Shown here one piece after another: positions 34,998-43,726 of a stretch of 64,000 bases of DNA (positions are counted from its first letter, which is position 1; the number at the start of each line of letters is the position of its first letter). The notes below the pieces were generated by a model that was given only the letters and a program-made list of their open reading frames with translations, made no database searches and was not told the DNA's origin. Position numbers and translations under genes: made by a program. This DNA is from Phycisphaerales bacterium (GTDB lineage: Bacteria; Planctomycetota; Phycisphaerae; Phycisphaerales; SM1A02): NCBI GenBank assembly GCA_035443885.1, contig DAOMNO010000012.1:815-64814 (forward strand), written 5' to 3'.

Positions 34998-36419
34998 TTA
35001 CCGGTGAGCGGCTTGTGAATCCTCAGTCAAACTTGTCACACTCGCGCGAAGCTGAGATCGCTGCACTGCGCCAAACGCTGGGATGCGCAGCACTTCTGCC
35101 TCTTTCGCAAGGTCGAACACGATGATTGTGTCGGGGTCGCGCTCGCCCGCAGCAATCAGCAGCAACCCATTCCGTGTCGGATCAACAGCATGGCAGCGAA
35201 ACGCACGCATTCCCATGGGAATCGCGCGCACACTGAAATGCCCCTCAATCGCATCAGCATCAGACGAGCCTGAACCACCAACCTCGAACACATACAGCTC
35301 AGAGCCAGGCTGCCATGTCTTATCCCGCTCCGTTTCACCTCGCCGCTTCAACTTTCCGGATGGCGTGCCGACTACCTTGCCGAGCACCTGCACGTGTGTA
35401 AGCGTGTCGAGGCCGTGTCGAACAGGCGTTCTCGCGATAACCGTTCGGCGGCTCAAGTCCACGAGCGCTGCGCCACCCTCCGGGCCTGCGTTCGCGACCA
35501 GCACGAACTCACGATCGCTCGCAGCAAACTTCACCATGCGGTCGGGAAACGAGTTGCCCCAAGATTCATCCACCGCAACAGGCAATGTTACGTAGTTCTG
35601 CCAGCGGCCCTGCAGCACTGCATCGAGGTCGGCCAGTGCGACCGCGCCATACAAATCAAGGGTGAGAAAAATGGTGTTCGTCGCGGGCGAAGCAAGAACA
35701 ACCTCAGGCCCCGGTCCCTGCTCTGCAAGGTTCTTGGCAGCGTCGTAATGCAGCTCGGGCCGATCTCGCGGAAGTTGCAAATCGTGGGCAATCATCAACG
35801 TCCCCGCTTTGCAGATATCTGCGACAACAAGGCGGTTCCCCTTATGTTTGCCGCTGCTGCTGTCCTTCTGAAACGTCATCAACACTTGAGCGGAACCATC
35901 TCGATCCGCCGACAGAATCAGGATGTCCTCAACGCGATGACCGGAAGGCTTGAGCGCCTGCCTCGCGCTCCAGCGTGAGAGAATCTTGCACTCTGCCAGA
36001 TCGAAAACGCACACGACCCCCTTGTCACCGCCGACAATCGCACGCTCCCCGAACGTGCGAACCTCATCCGGTTCTGCGTTCAGATCAAGCCGCACCACGC
36101 GCGGCGGCGAAACGCTCTGATCAACAACAATGATGTTCCCCGCTGCGTCAACAACATTCGTCACGATGACGCGTTGCCCACTTTCGCTCACGGCGAGCTT
36201 GTACGGCGTACTGCACTGCTCATCACGAAACAACACAACGTGCTCGATCACGCGGCCATCACGATCATCTACAACAAGTTTCGCGACCCCACCAGTGGTG
36301 CCGTCAATAAAGCTGTAGTAAAGGTCCACAGCGGCGGCTAGGCTGCTGAACAGCAACAGTGCACAAAGTGCAACGAACACACGGATGGCTGCGAGACTCT
36401 TCAAGAAGCGAAAGCGCAT
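34998..36419 (-). CDS. hypothetical secreted protein (beta-propeller-like, tentative)
   Basis: The signal peptide is MRFRFLKSLAAIRVFVALCALLLFSSLAAA. The sequence is rich in beta-strand-like repeats. No motif could be assigned confidently. Confidence 0.5.
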   Translation of the reverse strand: MRFRFLKSLAAIRVFVALCALLLFSSLAAAVDLYYSFIDGTTGGVAKLVVDDRDGRVIEHVVLFRDEQCSTPYKLAVSESGQRVIVTNVVDAAGNIIVVDQSVSPPRVVRLDLNAEPDEVRTFGERAIVGGDKGVVCVFDLAECKILSRWSARQALKPSGHRVEDILILSADRDGSAQVLMTFQKDSSSGKHKGNRLVVADICKAGTLMIAHDLQLPRDRPELHYDAAKNLAEQGPGPEVVLASPATNTIFLTLDLYGAVALADLDAVLQGRWQNYVTLPVAVDESWGNSFPDRMVKFAASDREFVLVANAGPEGGAALVDLSRRTVIARTPVRHGLDTLTHVQVLGKVVGTPSGKLKRRGETERDKTWQPGSELYVFEVGGSGSSDADAIEGHFSVRAIPMGMRAFRCHAVDPTRNGLLLIAAGERDPDTIIVFDLAKEAEVLRIPAFGAVQRSQLRASVTSLTEDSQAAHR

Positions 36420-36538
36420 GGCGACACTCCACAATCAGCGAGACCCGCGAGCGGTCCCGCTGAAACGGCGGCCATGTTGATGCTCAGCCGTAACCGCCAA
36501 GCTCAGATCATGTAAACATTCCGTTAGACATACTTGCC

Positions 36539-37780
36539 GTGTTTGCCATGCTGCATCGCTCACCATTCACATTGGATTGCTTGACACAATCTTCACAAAT
36601 CTGTCTTAATCTGATTTTGATGAACGCAGCGGGTGTGATCTCGCAACCAGCTTCGGCCGGCGTTTCGGAGTGCGCCGAAAGGGCTACCGCGCAGACAGCC
36701 GTCAGTGCTGATGCATTCTTGAAATGCCTCGGCCTCGTCAAGCGATTCGGCGAGACGCGCGTGGTGAACGACATCACCTTTTCCATTACGAAGGGGCAAT
36801 GTCTTGCATTGCTTGGTCCATCCGGCTGCGGCAAGAGCACTCTGCTCAACATGGTCGCAGGCATCATCCCACCAGACGATGGCGAAATACACTGCGATGG
36901 GCAAATCATTGACTCACCATCTAATGGCGTATCGGTCCCCATGCGTCTGCGCCGCTTTGCGATGGTTTTTCAGGATTTCAGCCTGTGGCCTCACATGACC
37001 GTGCACCGCAATGTCGAGTTCGGCCTGCGCATGATAAATGTCAAACGGGCGGATCGTGAAGCACGAGTCGCCGAGGCCCTCGCGCGCGTCCGCATGGATG
37101 CATTCGCTGATCGATACCCCGGTCAACTTTCCGGCGGGCAGCAGCAGCGAGTCGCCATTGCACGCGCACTCGCTGTGCAGCCCCGCGTGCTGCTGCTTGA
37201 TGAGCCGCTCAGCGCGCTCGATGCGCGTCTGCGCGATGAGCTTCGCGATGAACTTACTGAACTCATCCGCACGCTAAAAATGACGACTATCTTCGTAACG
37301 CACGATCAGGCTGAAGCTCTCACGATGGCCGACGCGGTCGCCGTGATGAATCATGGCCGCCTTGAGCAGATCGGCTCCCCACTGGAGATCTATCACTCGC
37401 CTCGCTCAGCGTTCGTGGCGGAATTCATCGGCTCCAGCAATATTTTCGAAGCAAGCGCTGCGGGAGAAACGCTCTGCCTCGGAACGGATGAGCGTTGGCC
37501 TGCTGCGCCGATCCATGCCGACATCTGCGGCACATGTCTGCTCAGGCGCGAACATGTCATCATCACACCGTACCACGTAGCCGATCACTTGCTGGAATCG
37601 GACTGGATCGCCCTGCACGGCGCGTGTGAACGCACGGCGTTTACCGGCGAACGATTCGATGTCGCCGCCCGCACGGAAGGCGGCCTCATCCTGCGAGGTG
37701 TATCACACACATCCTTGCAGGTGGGCGAATCGGTGCGAATCGCTTTCCGCGCTGAGCATCTTCGGATGATCTCTGCATGA
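36539..37780 (+). CDS. ABC transporter ATP-binding protein (FbpC/PotA-like, with C-terminal regulatory domain)
   Basis: Walker [15 protein letters not shown], signature [15 protein letters not shown] and Walker [12 protein letters not shown]. The start is uncertain: in-frame candidates are 36539, 36620 (ATG) and 36719 (TTG, giving [11 protein letters not shown]). Confidence 0.9.
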   Translation: MFAMLHRSPFTLDCLTQSSQICLNLILMNAAGVISQPASAGVSECAERATAQTAVSADAFLKCLGLVKRFGETRVVNDITFSITKGQCLALLGPSGCGKSTLLNMVAGIIPPDDGEIHCDGQIIDSPSNGVSVPMRLRRFAMVFQDFSLWPHMTVHRNVEFGLRMINVKRADREARVAEALARVRMDAFADRYPGQLSGGQQQRVAIARALAVQPRVLLLDEPLSALDARLRDELRDELTELIRTLKMTTIFVTHDQAEALTMADAVAVMNHGRLEQIGSPLEIYHSPRSAFVAEFIGSSNIFEASAAGETLCLGTDERWPAAPIHADICGTCLLRREHVIITPYHVADHLLESDWIALHGACERTAFTGERFDVAARTEGGLILRGVSHTSLQVGESVRIAFRAEHLRMISA

Positions 37781-38814
37781 CCCGATCGCTCGTGGCCTTA
37801 TTGGTGATGCTGGCTCTCTTTGCAATGGCTGCGGTCAGTTGCGCCCCGAGCGAGGCTGACGAACGCAAACTGGTTGTTTACACCGCAGGCCCGCGAGGTG
37901 TTGCGGAAGTGATCTGCGACGCCTTCACTGCTGAAACCGGCATTGCCATCGAACTCTTCTCCGCCACCACCGGCCAGGTGCTCGCCAAACTCGAAGCGGA
38001 GAAGTACAACCCGCGCGCTGATATTGTCATTCTGGCCAGCGGCTTCGCTGCGGAGTGGCTCAAACGCGAAAACCGACTGCTGCCCTATCATCCGAGTTGG
38101 CTCGATGAAACGCATACCGCATGGCATGACCCGGACGATGCGTACTTCGCCACAAGCGCCGCAGCGGTCGGCATTGCCGTGCGCCGCGATGCACATCGCC
38201 CCGACCTTGAATGGTGCGATTTTTTCAACGATTCCGCATCCAGCAAAGGTCGATTCGCCGGCCGTGCGATCATGCCCGCGCCGTCGCGCTCCGGCTCCAG
38301 CAGTGATTTCGTACTCACCTACATGCTCAGCCGTGATGAAGACCGCGTCTGGCAGGACTTCATCACGGCCAAGCGCAACGGACTTGAAATTGCCGGTGCG
38401 AACAGTCAGGCCATAACCAACCTGCTGATCGGATCACATGATGCAATCGTCGGCGCGGCGGATTATCTCGTCTATCGTGAAATCGCACGCGGCGAGCCGA
38501 TCGTCATGCACTTTCCGCCATCTGGCGCGCCGGTCATCACGCGGCCAATCGCGATTCTCAAATCCACACGCCGTGCTGAGACTGCGATGCGCTTCATCGA
38601 TCATTACTTCAGCGAAGCATCGCAGGCTCGCCTTGCCGCAGTTCATCTTCTGCCTGCAAGAACATCCACGCCGCTGAGCGCAGCCCGCGCGGATCAACCC
38701 CTGCCACCGACAATCGGCGTGAACATAGACGACGTGCTCAGGCATCAGCGACGCATTCTTCGCCGCTTTCAATATGAGATTGAGCGTGCTTCATCGCGCG
38801 AGAGAACACGATGA
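37777..38814 (+). CDS. ABC transporter periplasmic substrate-binding protein (Fe(3+)/family-1 solute-binding type)
   Basis: A signal peptide is followed by KLVVYTAGPRGVAEVICDAFTAETGIAIELFSATTGQVLAKLEAEKYNPRADIVILAS, typical of FbpA/AfuA-like binding proteins. It overlaps both flanking genes by 4 nt. Confidence 0.75.
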   Translation: MTRSLVALLVMLALFAMAAVSCAPSEADERKLVVYTAGPRGVAEVICDAFTAETGIAIELFSATTGQVLAKLEAEKYNPRADIVILASGFAAEWLKRENRLLPYHPSWLDETHTAWHDPDDAYFATSAAAVGIAVRRDAHRPDLEWCDFFNDSASSKGRFAGRAIMPAPSRSGSSSDFVLTYMLSRDEDRVWQDFITAKRNGLEIAGANSQAITNLLIGSHDAIVGAADYLVYREIARGEPIVMHFPPSGAPVITRPIAILKSTRRAETAMRFIDHYFSEASQARLAAVHLLPARTSTPLSAARADQPLPPTIGVNIDDVLRHQRRILRRFQYEIERASSRERTR

Positions 38815-40496
38815 AGGCTCAACCATCACACGCATTCAACCGCTGGATGTCGCTCCTCGCGCTGGCGTTCGTCATTGTGATGATCGCATATCCGGTCGCG
38901 CTGCTGCTCATCCAAAGCGTCATCCCGGAGATTCTCGCAGGTGATTTCCGTCCTTCACTTGACGCATACATCCGCATCTTCACCAGCGATGGCGTTGCTG
39001 AAATGCTCTGGAACTCGCTCCGCTGGGCCATTGCGACAACGCTCATCGCGTGGCTGATCGGCCTGCCATGCGGCTGGATTCTCGCCCGCGTCAACTTGGC
39101 CGGCAAGACCTTCATCCGTCTGCTGTTTCTCGTCCCCATCATGATGCCGCCCTATGTGTTCGCCCTCAGCTACACGCTGCTCATGCTGCCGGGCGGCCTT
39201 GGCGATTCCGCGCTCGGCGGCGTGCCAGAATCATGGCGCGACCTCTTTTTTTCCTTCTGGGGCGTCGCTTTCGTGATGGCAATCTGCTGCTTTGGTTACG
39301 TTACGCTGGCGATTGAAGCTGCGCTCCGCGCCATGCCGCTGCGACTGGAGCACGCTGCATTCATGCTCGGCGCATCGCCCATCGTCGTCTTTCGCAGCGT
39401 CATCTTCCCGCTGCTCATCCCCGCGCTGCTCAACACGGGCGTGCTCGTCTTTCTGGACGCCATCTCGAACTTTGGTGTGCCTGCCATCCTCGGCCCGCGT
39501 GCGAACCTCCCGCTCCTGCCCGCAGAAATTTATGCCCTCGTAACGAGCTGGCCGCTTGACTTTCCCCTGGCCACCTCGCTTTCAAGCCTGCTGCTCATCG
39601 CTGCCGTCATCACGCTGTTCATCAATCAGCGGCTGCTGGCTCGCAGTGCGATGCACACATCGGCACGCACCCAGTCATCTCGCCCTGAAGACAACCGCAC
39701 ATCGCCGCTCATTCGCATGACTGCATGGTGCATCTTGAGTCTTGTTTTCCTCTTCGCACTGGGGCTGCCGTGCTTTGCCGTCGTGCTTGGCAGCCTTGTC
39801 GAACGCTGGAACGATGGCGCGCCGACGCTCACCTTTCAGCACTATCGCGAATTGCTTACACCAGGCTCGCGCGGCATGAGCGCACTGTGGACAAGCCTGT
39901 GGCTGAGCTTGGCCGCTGCAACAATCTGCACGATCGTCGGCGGGTTGATCGCGTACATCATCGTTCGCGGGCGCGGCCTCACTGTACACCTGCTGGATGC
40001 CACCGCCATTCTGCCGCGTGTGCTGCCGAAGATTGTCGTCGCTGTCGCGCTCATCATGGCGTGGAACGCACCGTGGATGGGCGCGATGCGCGCGGATGTG
40101 TATGGCACAGTGTGGATGCTGCTTGTCGCGTATGTCGCACTGTATCTTTCCGATTCACTCCGTTTCAGTGACGCAGGCATGAGGCGCATCAGCGTGAAGC
40201 TCGAACACGCTGCGGAGTCCATCGGCGCCACACGCTGGCAGAGCCTGCAACATATCACACTTCCCCTGCTCTGGCCCAGCCTGCTGGCAGGATGGCTCAC
40301 CACGTTCGTCGCATGTATGCGCGATCTCGTCGCTTCGGTCATTCTGCTGCCGCCCGGCGTGGAAACAGCTGGCAGCTTTATCTTCAACCAGTTTGAGCAA
40401 GGCGACATCGCCGCCGCGATGGCCATGGCCACGCTTATCGTTCTGCTCGGCGGCACGGTGCTTGCGGTCGCCATGCGCCTTGCTCCGCGCGGCTAG
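38811..40496 (+). CDS. ABC transporter permease, fused double-domain (FbpB-like)
   Basis: 561 aa with about 12 TM helices in two repeated permease halves, as in Fe(3+)/thiamine-type importers. Confidence 0.85.
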   Translation: MKAQPSHAFNRWMSLLALAFVIVMIAYPVALLLIQSVIPEILAGDFRPSLDAYIRIFTSDGVAEMLWNSLRWAIATTLIAWLIGLPCGWILARVNLAGKTFIRLLFLVPIMMPPYVFALSYTLLMLPGGLGDSALGGVPESWRDLFFSFWGVAFVMAICCFGYVTLAIEAALRAMPLRLEHAAFMLGASPIVVFRSVIFPLLIPALLNTGVLVFLDAISNFGVPAILGPRANLPLLPAEIYALVTSWPLDFPLATSLSSLLLIAAVITLFINQRLLARSAMHTSARTQSSRPEDNRTSPLIRMTAWCILSLVFLFALGLPCFAVVLGSLVERWNDGAPTLTFQHYRELLTPGSRGMSALWTSLWLSLAAATICTIVGGLIAYIIVRGRGLTVHLLDATAILPRVLPKIVVAVALIMAWNAPWMGAMRADVYGTVWMLLVAYVALYLSDSLRFSDAGMRRISVKLEHAAESIGATRWQSLQHITLPLLWPSLLAGWLTTFVACMRDLVASVILLPPGVETAGSFIFNQFEQGDIAAAMAMATLIVLLGGTVLAVAMRLAPRG

Positions 40497-40535
40497 CGCA
40501 ACCTCGCGATATTTCTGTCACGTTACGATAAGCGT

Positions 40536-41429
40536 ATGACGACCGTTGCGTTTCTCATCGCAGCCAACATGCTCAAGGACCACCCTCAGGCTCGCAGTGA
40601 TTACTGGGAGCTGGATCGCGAGTATGAACCGATGCACGCAGCCTGCGCCGCGCGCGGAATACGCCTGCAACAAGTCATCTGGGACGATTCTTCACTCGAC
40701 CCCACGTCATACGACGCCTTTGTCATCGGCACCACGTGGGATTACCCCGAACGACCTGCCGACTTCATGCGCACGCTTGCCTCTCTGAGCGCACACAAGC
40801 CGCTGTTCAACCCGCTCGCGGTCGTGCAATGGAACCTTTCGAAGGCATACTTGCGCGATCTCGCTTCACGAGGCGCTGCCACCATTCCAACACTCTGGCG
40901 CGCGAGAGCCGACGCGATGACTATTGCCGCCGCCTTCGACGAACTCGGCACGGATGAAGTCGTCATCAAGCCTGAAGTTGGTGCCGGCGCGTGGCGTCAG
41001 GCTCGATTGAAGCGAGGCGAACCGCTCCCCCCTGCCAATACGCTTCCGCCCGATCGGTGCATGATTCAACCGTTCCTGCCTGCGATTCTCGATGAGGGCG
41101 AGTATTCCTTCATCTTCTTCAACGGCAACTTCTCGCACTGTGCCCGCAAGATGGCGGCGAATGGCGATTACCGCATTCAGGCCATGTTCGGCGGCCACGA
41201 AGTAACGCACGACCCTGCCGAAACCGAAATTGCCCTCGCGCGACGCACGTTGGATGCCATCGACGAGCCGCTGCTCTACGCGCGGGTGGACATGATTCGC
41301 AATAGCACTGGCAATCTTGCCGTCATGGAAGTGGAGTTGATCGAGCCGTATCTGTACCCGGATCAGGGGCGAATGATGGGCGAGCACTTCGCCGCTGCGC
41401 TGGAAGCGATGCTGAACCGCAGTACCTAA
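40536..41429 (+). CDS. ATP-grasp fold protein (RimK/glutathione-synthetase-like, tentative)
   Basis: VVIKPEVGAGAWRQARL, IQPFLP.I.DEGEYSFIFFNG.FSH, GDYRIQ and ARVDMIRNSTGNLAVMEVELIEPYLY follow the ATP-grasp pattern. Confidence 0.55.
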   Translation: MTTVAFLIAANMLKDHPQARSDYWELDREYEPMHAACAARGIRLQQVIWDDSSLDPTSYDAFVIGTTWDYPERPADFMRTLASLSAHKPLFNPLAVVQWNLSKAYLRDLASRGAATIPTLWRARADAMTIAAAFDELGTDEVVIKPEVGAGAWRQARLKRGEPLPPANTLPPDRCMIQPFLPAILDEGEYSFIFFNGNFSHCARKMAANGDYRIQAMFGGHEVTHDPAETEIALARRTLDAIDEPLLYARVDMIRNSTGNLAVMEVELIEPYLYPDQGRMMGEHFAAALEAMLNRST

Positions 41430-41471
41430 TGCACGTTCCGCGCTCCAACCAGCTCTCGTTTATACTGGGCC

Positions 41472-42065
41472 ATGCCCATGACGCCTGAGACGACCATGAT
41501 ATCGCAACGCGCGCGCCATCCTCAGTTGGCGCAGTTCCTGAACGAGCACGCCATCATGCGCGGCACGTTCACGCTGGCCAGCGGCAGAACCAGCTCCTAT
41601 TACTGCGACACCAAACAGGCAAGCTTTTCGGGCGAAGGCGCGCTGCTCATCGCGGACGCGATTGCGAAGGAAGTCGAAGGCCTGGCGTTCGACGCGATCG
41701 GCGGCATGGACATGGGCGCGACGCCGATCGTCGCGGCCGTCGCGCTTCGCCTGCACCAGCTCGGCCGCGATGTGCCTGCGTTCGTTGTGCGGAAGGATGT
41801 CAAAGGTCACGGCACGAAGAAAGAGATCGAAGGCATCCTGCCAAGTGAGCCGTCGCGCCTCGTCATTGTGGACGACGTCGTCACCTCAGGCGGCTCAATC
41901 ATCAAGTCCATCGAAGCGACTCGCGCACGCGGCCACGAAGTCGTGCTGGCCATCAGCGTGCTCGACCGCGACACGGGCGGGCGACAGAACCTCGAAGCGC
42001 TCGGCGTGAGATATCAGCCGCTGGTGACGATTGCGGAGCTTGGCATCAGCAACGATCAGCCGTAA
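41472..42065 (+). CDS. pyrE: orotate phosphoribosyltransferase
   Basis: GTFTLASGRTSSYYCD, GGMDMGATPIVAAVAL and the PRPP-binding loop LVIVDDVVTSGGS. Confidence 0.85.
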   Translation: MPMTPETTMISQRARHPQLAQFLNEHAIMRGTFTLASGRTSSYYCDTKQASFSGEGALLIADAIAKEVEGLAFDAIGGMDMGATPIVAAVALRLHQLGRDVPAFVVRKDVKGHGTKKEIEGILPSEPSRLVIVDDVVTSGGSIIKSIEATRARGHEVVLAISVLDRDTGGRQNLEALGVRYQPLVTIAELGISNDQP

Positions 42066-42069
42066 GCCA

Positions 42070-42618
42070 TCATCTCCGCCGGCGGCAGCCGAACGCTGCG
42101 AGCGCGAACACGCCCAGCGCGCCGGGCGCGGGGATCGGCAGACCGAAGTGCAGATCGTCATATACGACGAGCTGAGAGCCAATAATTCGATATAAATATA
42201 CTTCATCGAACGGCTCATCAGAAACTAATCCGGCGAACATAGAGGGATGGTCCCAAAATTGGACGCTTGTAAATGTTAACATGCCTTTGTAATACAGATT
42301 AAATACAACGCTGCCAATGAAATCAACAGCAACGGCATGTCGAGGCGTATCAAAGTAGAAACGCGAGCCAGGCTGTGCGAGTAGACCGAAGAACTCACCA
42401 TCATTCCAAGCCCAGTTACCCGGCGCGAACGTAATGCCGTGGGAATCGTAATACTGAGTATTGATCGGAATGCCATGCACGGGACCCACGAAATCAATCG
42501 TGCTATGCGACGGTACCGCCGCTTCCCACGCGGCCTTGTTCGTGTATTGAATAACACTTGCCTGCGCTGAACTGGCCATCATGATGAAGCTGATAAGAAC
42601 AAAGATGAGCGATCGCAT
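42070..42618 (-). CDS. PEP-CTERM sorting-domain protein (paralog B)
   Basis: The signal peptide is MRSLIFVLISFIMMASSAQA, followed by SVIQYTNKAAWEAAVPSHSTIDFVG. The C-terminus is LPIPAPGALGVFALAAFGCRRRR. GC content is visibly lower than in the flanks. Confidence 0.8.
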   Translation of the reverse strand: MRSLIFVLISFIMMASSAQASVIQYTNKAAWEAAVPSHSTIDFVGPVHGIPINTQYYDSHGITFAPGNWAWNDGEFFGLLAQPGSRFYFDTPRHAVAVDFIGSVVFNLYYKGMLTFTSVQFWDHPSMFAGLVSDEPFDEVYLYRIIGSQLVVYDDLHFGLPIPAPGALGVFALAAFGCRRRR

Positions 42619-42684
42619 GTCTGGGTTCCTTTCGCAAGCGAAGCGATGGACTGCGCCGGTAGGCGCAGCCCATCATGATGTCAA

Positions 42685-43098
42685 TCAGTTATCGAACGGG
42701 TCATAGCCCGGGCACACCGGGCAATTCTGACACTGGGTGATGTAGTTGTTGAACCAGCACGTCCAGTTGTCCTTGGTGAGCTGCGAAGCGTTGCCGGTCA
42801 TGATGTTGTAATAATCCTGCCACTGCTGTTGGGTGAGACCCGCATCAGTAAGTTCATCGGAGAGCGACTTGACGGTCGTCACCACGCCGGGGCAAGGCCC
42901 CCACGCGCCAAGCAGAATCAAGAGGTCCTGCACATCGACGACACCGCTGTCGTTGAGGTCCGGCGAGCCGAAACACGGCGTACCAGAATACGAGCCCCAT
43001 GCCCCAAGCAGAACAAGCAGGTCCTGCACATCGACCCGGAAATCGCCGTTGAGGTCAGCCGGGCAGTAGGAAGCCGGTTCGGGGATCATCAGGAACAT
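42685..43098 (-). CDS. orphan double dockerin-like repeat plus Cys-rich C-terminal module (137 aa, no signal peptide); possibly a truncated gene copy
   Basis: MFLMIPEPASYCPADLNGDFRVDVQDLLVLLGAWG...SPDLNDSGVVDVQDLLILLGAWGPCPG...TQQQWQDYYNIM...WTCWFNNYITQCQNCPVCPGYDPFDN is colinear with the last ~130 residues of the 43727-45466 protein. Its ATG overlaps the last 10 nt of the upstream gene. Confidence 0.5.
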   Translation of the reverse strand: MFLMIPEPASYCPADLNGDFRVDVQDLLVLLGAWGSYSGTPCFGSPDLNDSGVVDVQDLLILLGAWGPCPGVVTTVKSLSDELTDAGLTQQQWQDYYNIMTGNASQLTKDNWTCWFNNYITQCQNCPVCPGYDPFDN

Positions 43099-43661
43099 CT
43101 CCGCCGGCGGCAGCCGAACGCAGCAAGCGCGAACACACCCAGCGCGCCGGGCGCGGGAACAGGTAACCCAAAATGAATATCATCGATATACACATGGCTA
43201 AGAGGTAAGGGCCGGAATAGTTTCGCATGTGTGAATGACTCGGTCGAAAGCAGGCCGAGGAACAATCCTGTGCTGCCAACAATGTAGTGGCTTGTATACA
43301 GCAGCGTATCATTTGAATAGAGTTGAATTTGTAATCCACCCGGAAAATCAGCGGCAAGTGCATGTTGTGGCACGCTAAACGTGATCCAAATATCATTATT
43401 ACTGCCCCTGATGCCTTCTCCGTCGTTTGCCATTCCAGACGAATGAAAATACCCCAACTGCTGCCCGGTGAAGGTTACGCCGAGGTCGGTTGAGTGCATC
43501 GGGAGAATCGGGAATCCGTCTTGTCCACCCACAAAGTCAATCGTCGTGTACGCGCCTACCGCATTCTGCCATGCGGATTTGTTCGTGTATTGAACGACAG
43601 CGCCATCTGCTGCGGCGCAGCAACCCAGAAGAATCGCGATGCTTACAAGAGTAACTTTCAT
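43089..43661 (-). CDS. PEP-CTERM sorting-domain protein (paralog A)
   Basis: The signal peptide is MKVTLVSIAILLGCCAAADGA, followed by VVQYTNKSAWQNAVGAYTTIDFVGG. The C-terminus is LPVPAPGALGVFALAAFGCRRRRCS. The start is moved to ATG 43661, which has GGAGA upstream. Confidence 0.8.
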   Translation of the reverse strand: MKVTLVSIAILLGCCAAADGAVVQYTNKSAWQNAVGAYTTIDFVGGQDGFPILPMHSTDLGVTFTGQQLGYFHSSGMANDGEGIRGSNNDIWITFSVPQHALAADFPGGLQIQLYSNDTLLYTSHYIVGSTGLFLGLLSTESFTHAKLFRPLPLSHVYIDDIHFGLPVPAPGALGVFALAAFGCRRRRCS

Positions 43662-43726
43662 GTCATCATCTCCATTGCTGAAACCCCGGACGACCCGTTG
43701 GCCGTCCGGGGCATATGCTTGATATC

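Noticed and set aside
36560-36625. Fur box upstream of the Fe(3+)-type ABC operon (cttaatctgattttgatga).
   Set aside because: It has only a loose AT-rich resemblance to GATAATGATAATCATTATC, with no clear dyad. It is not reported as a site.
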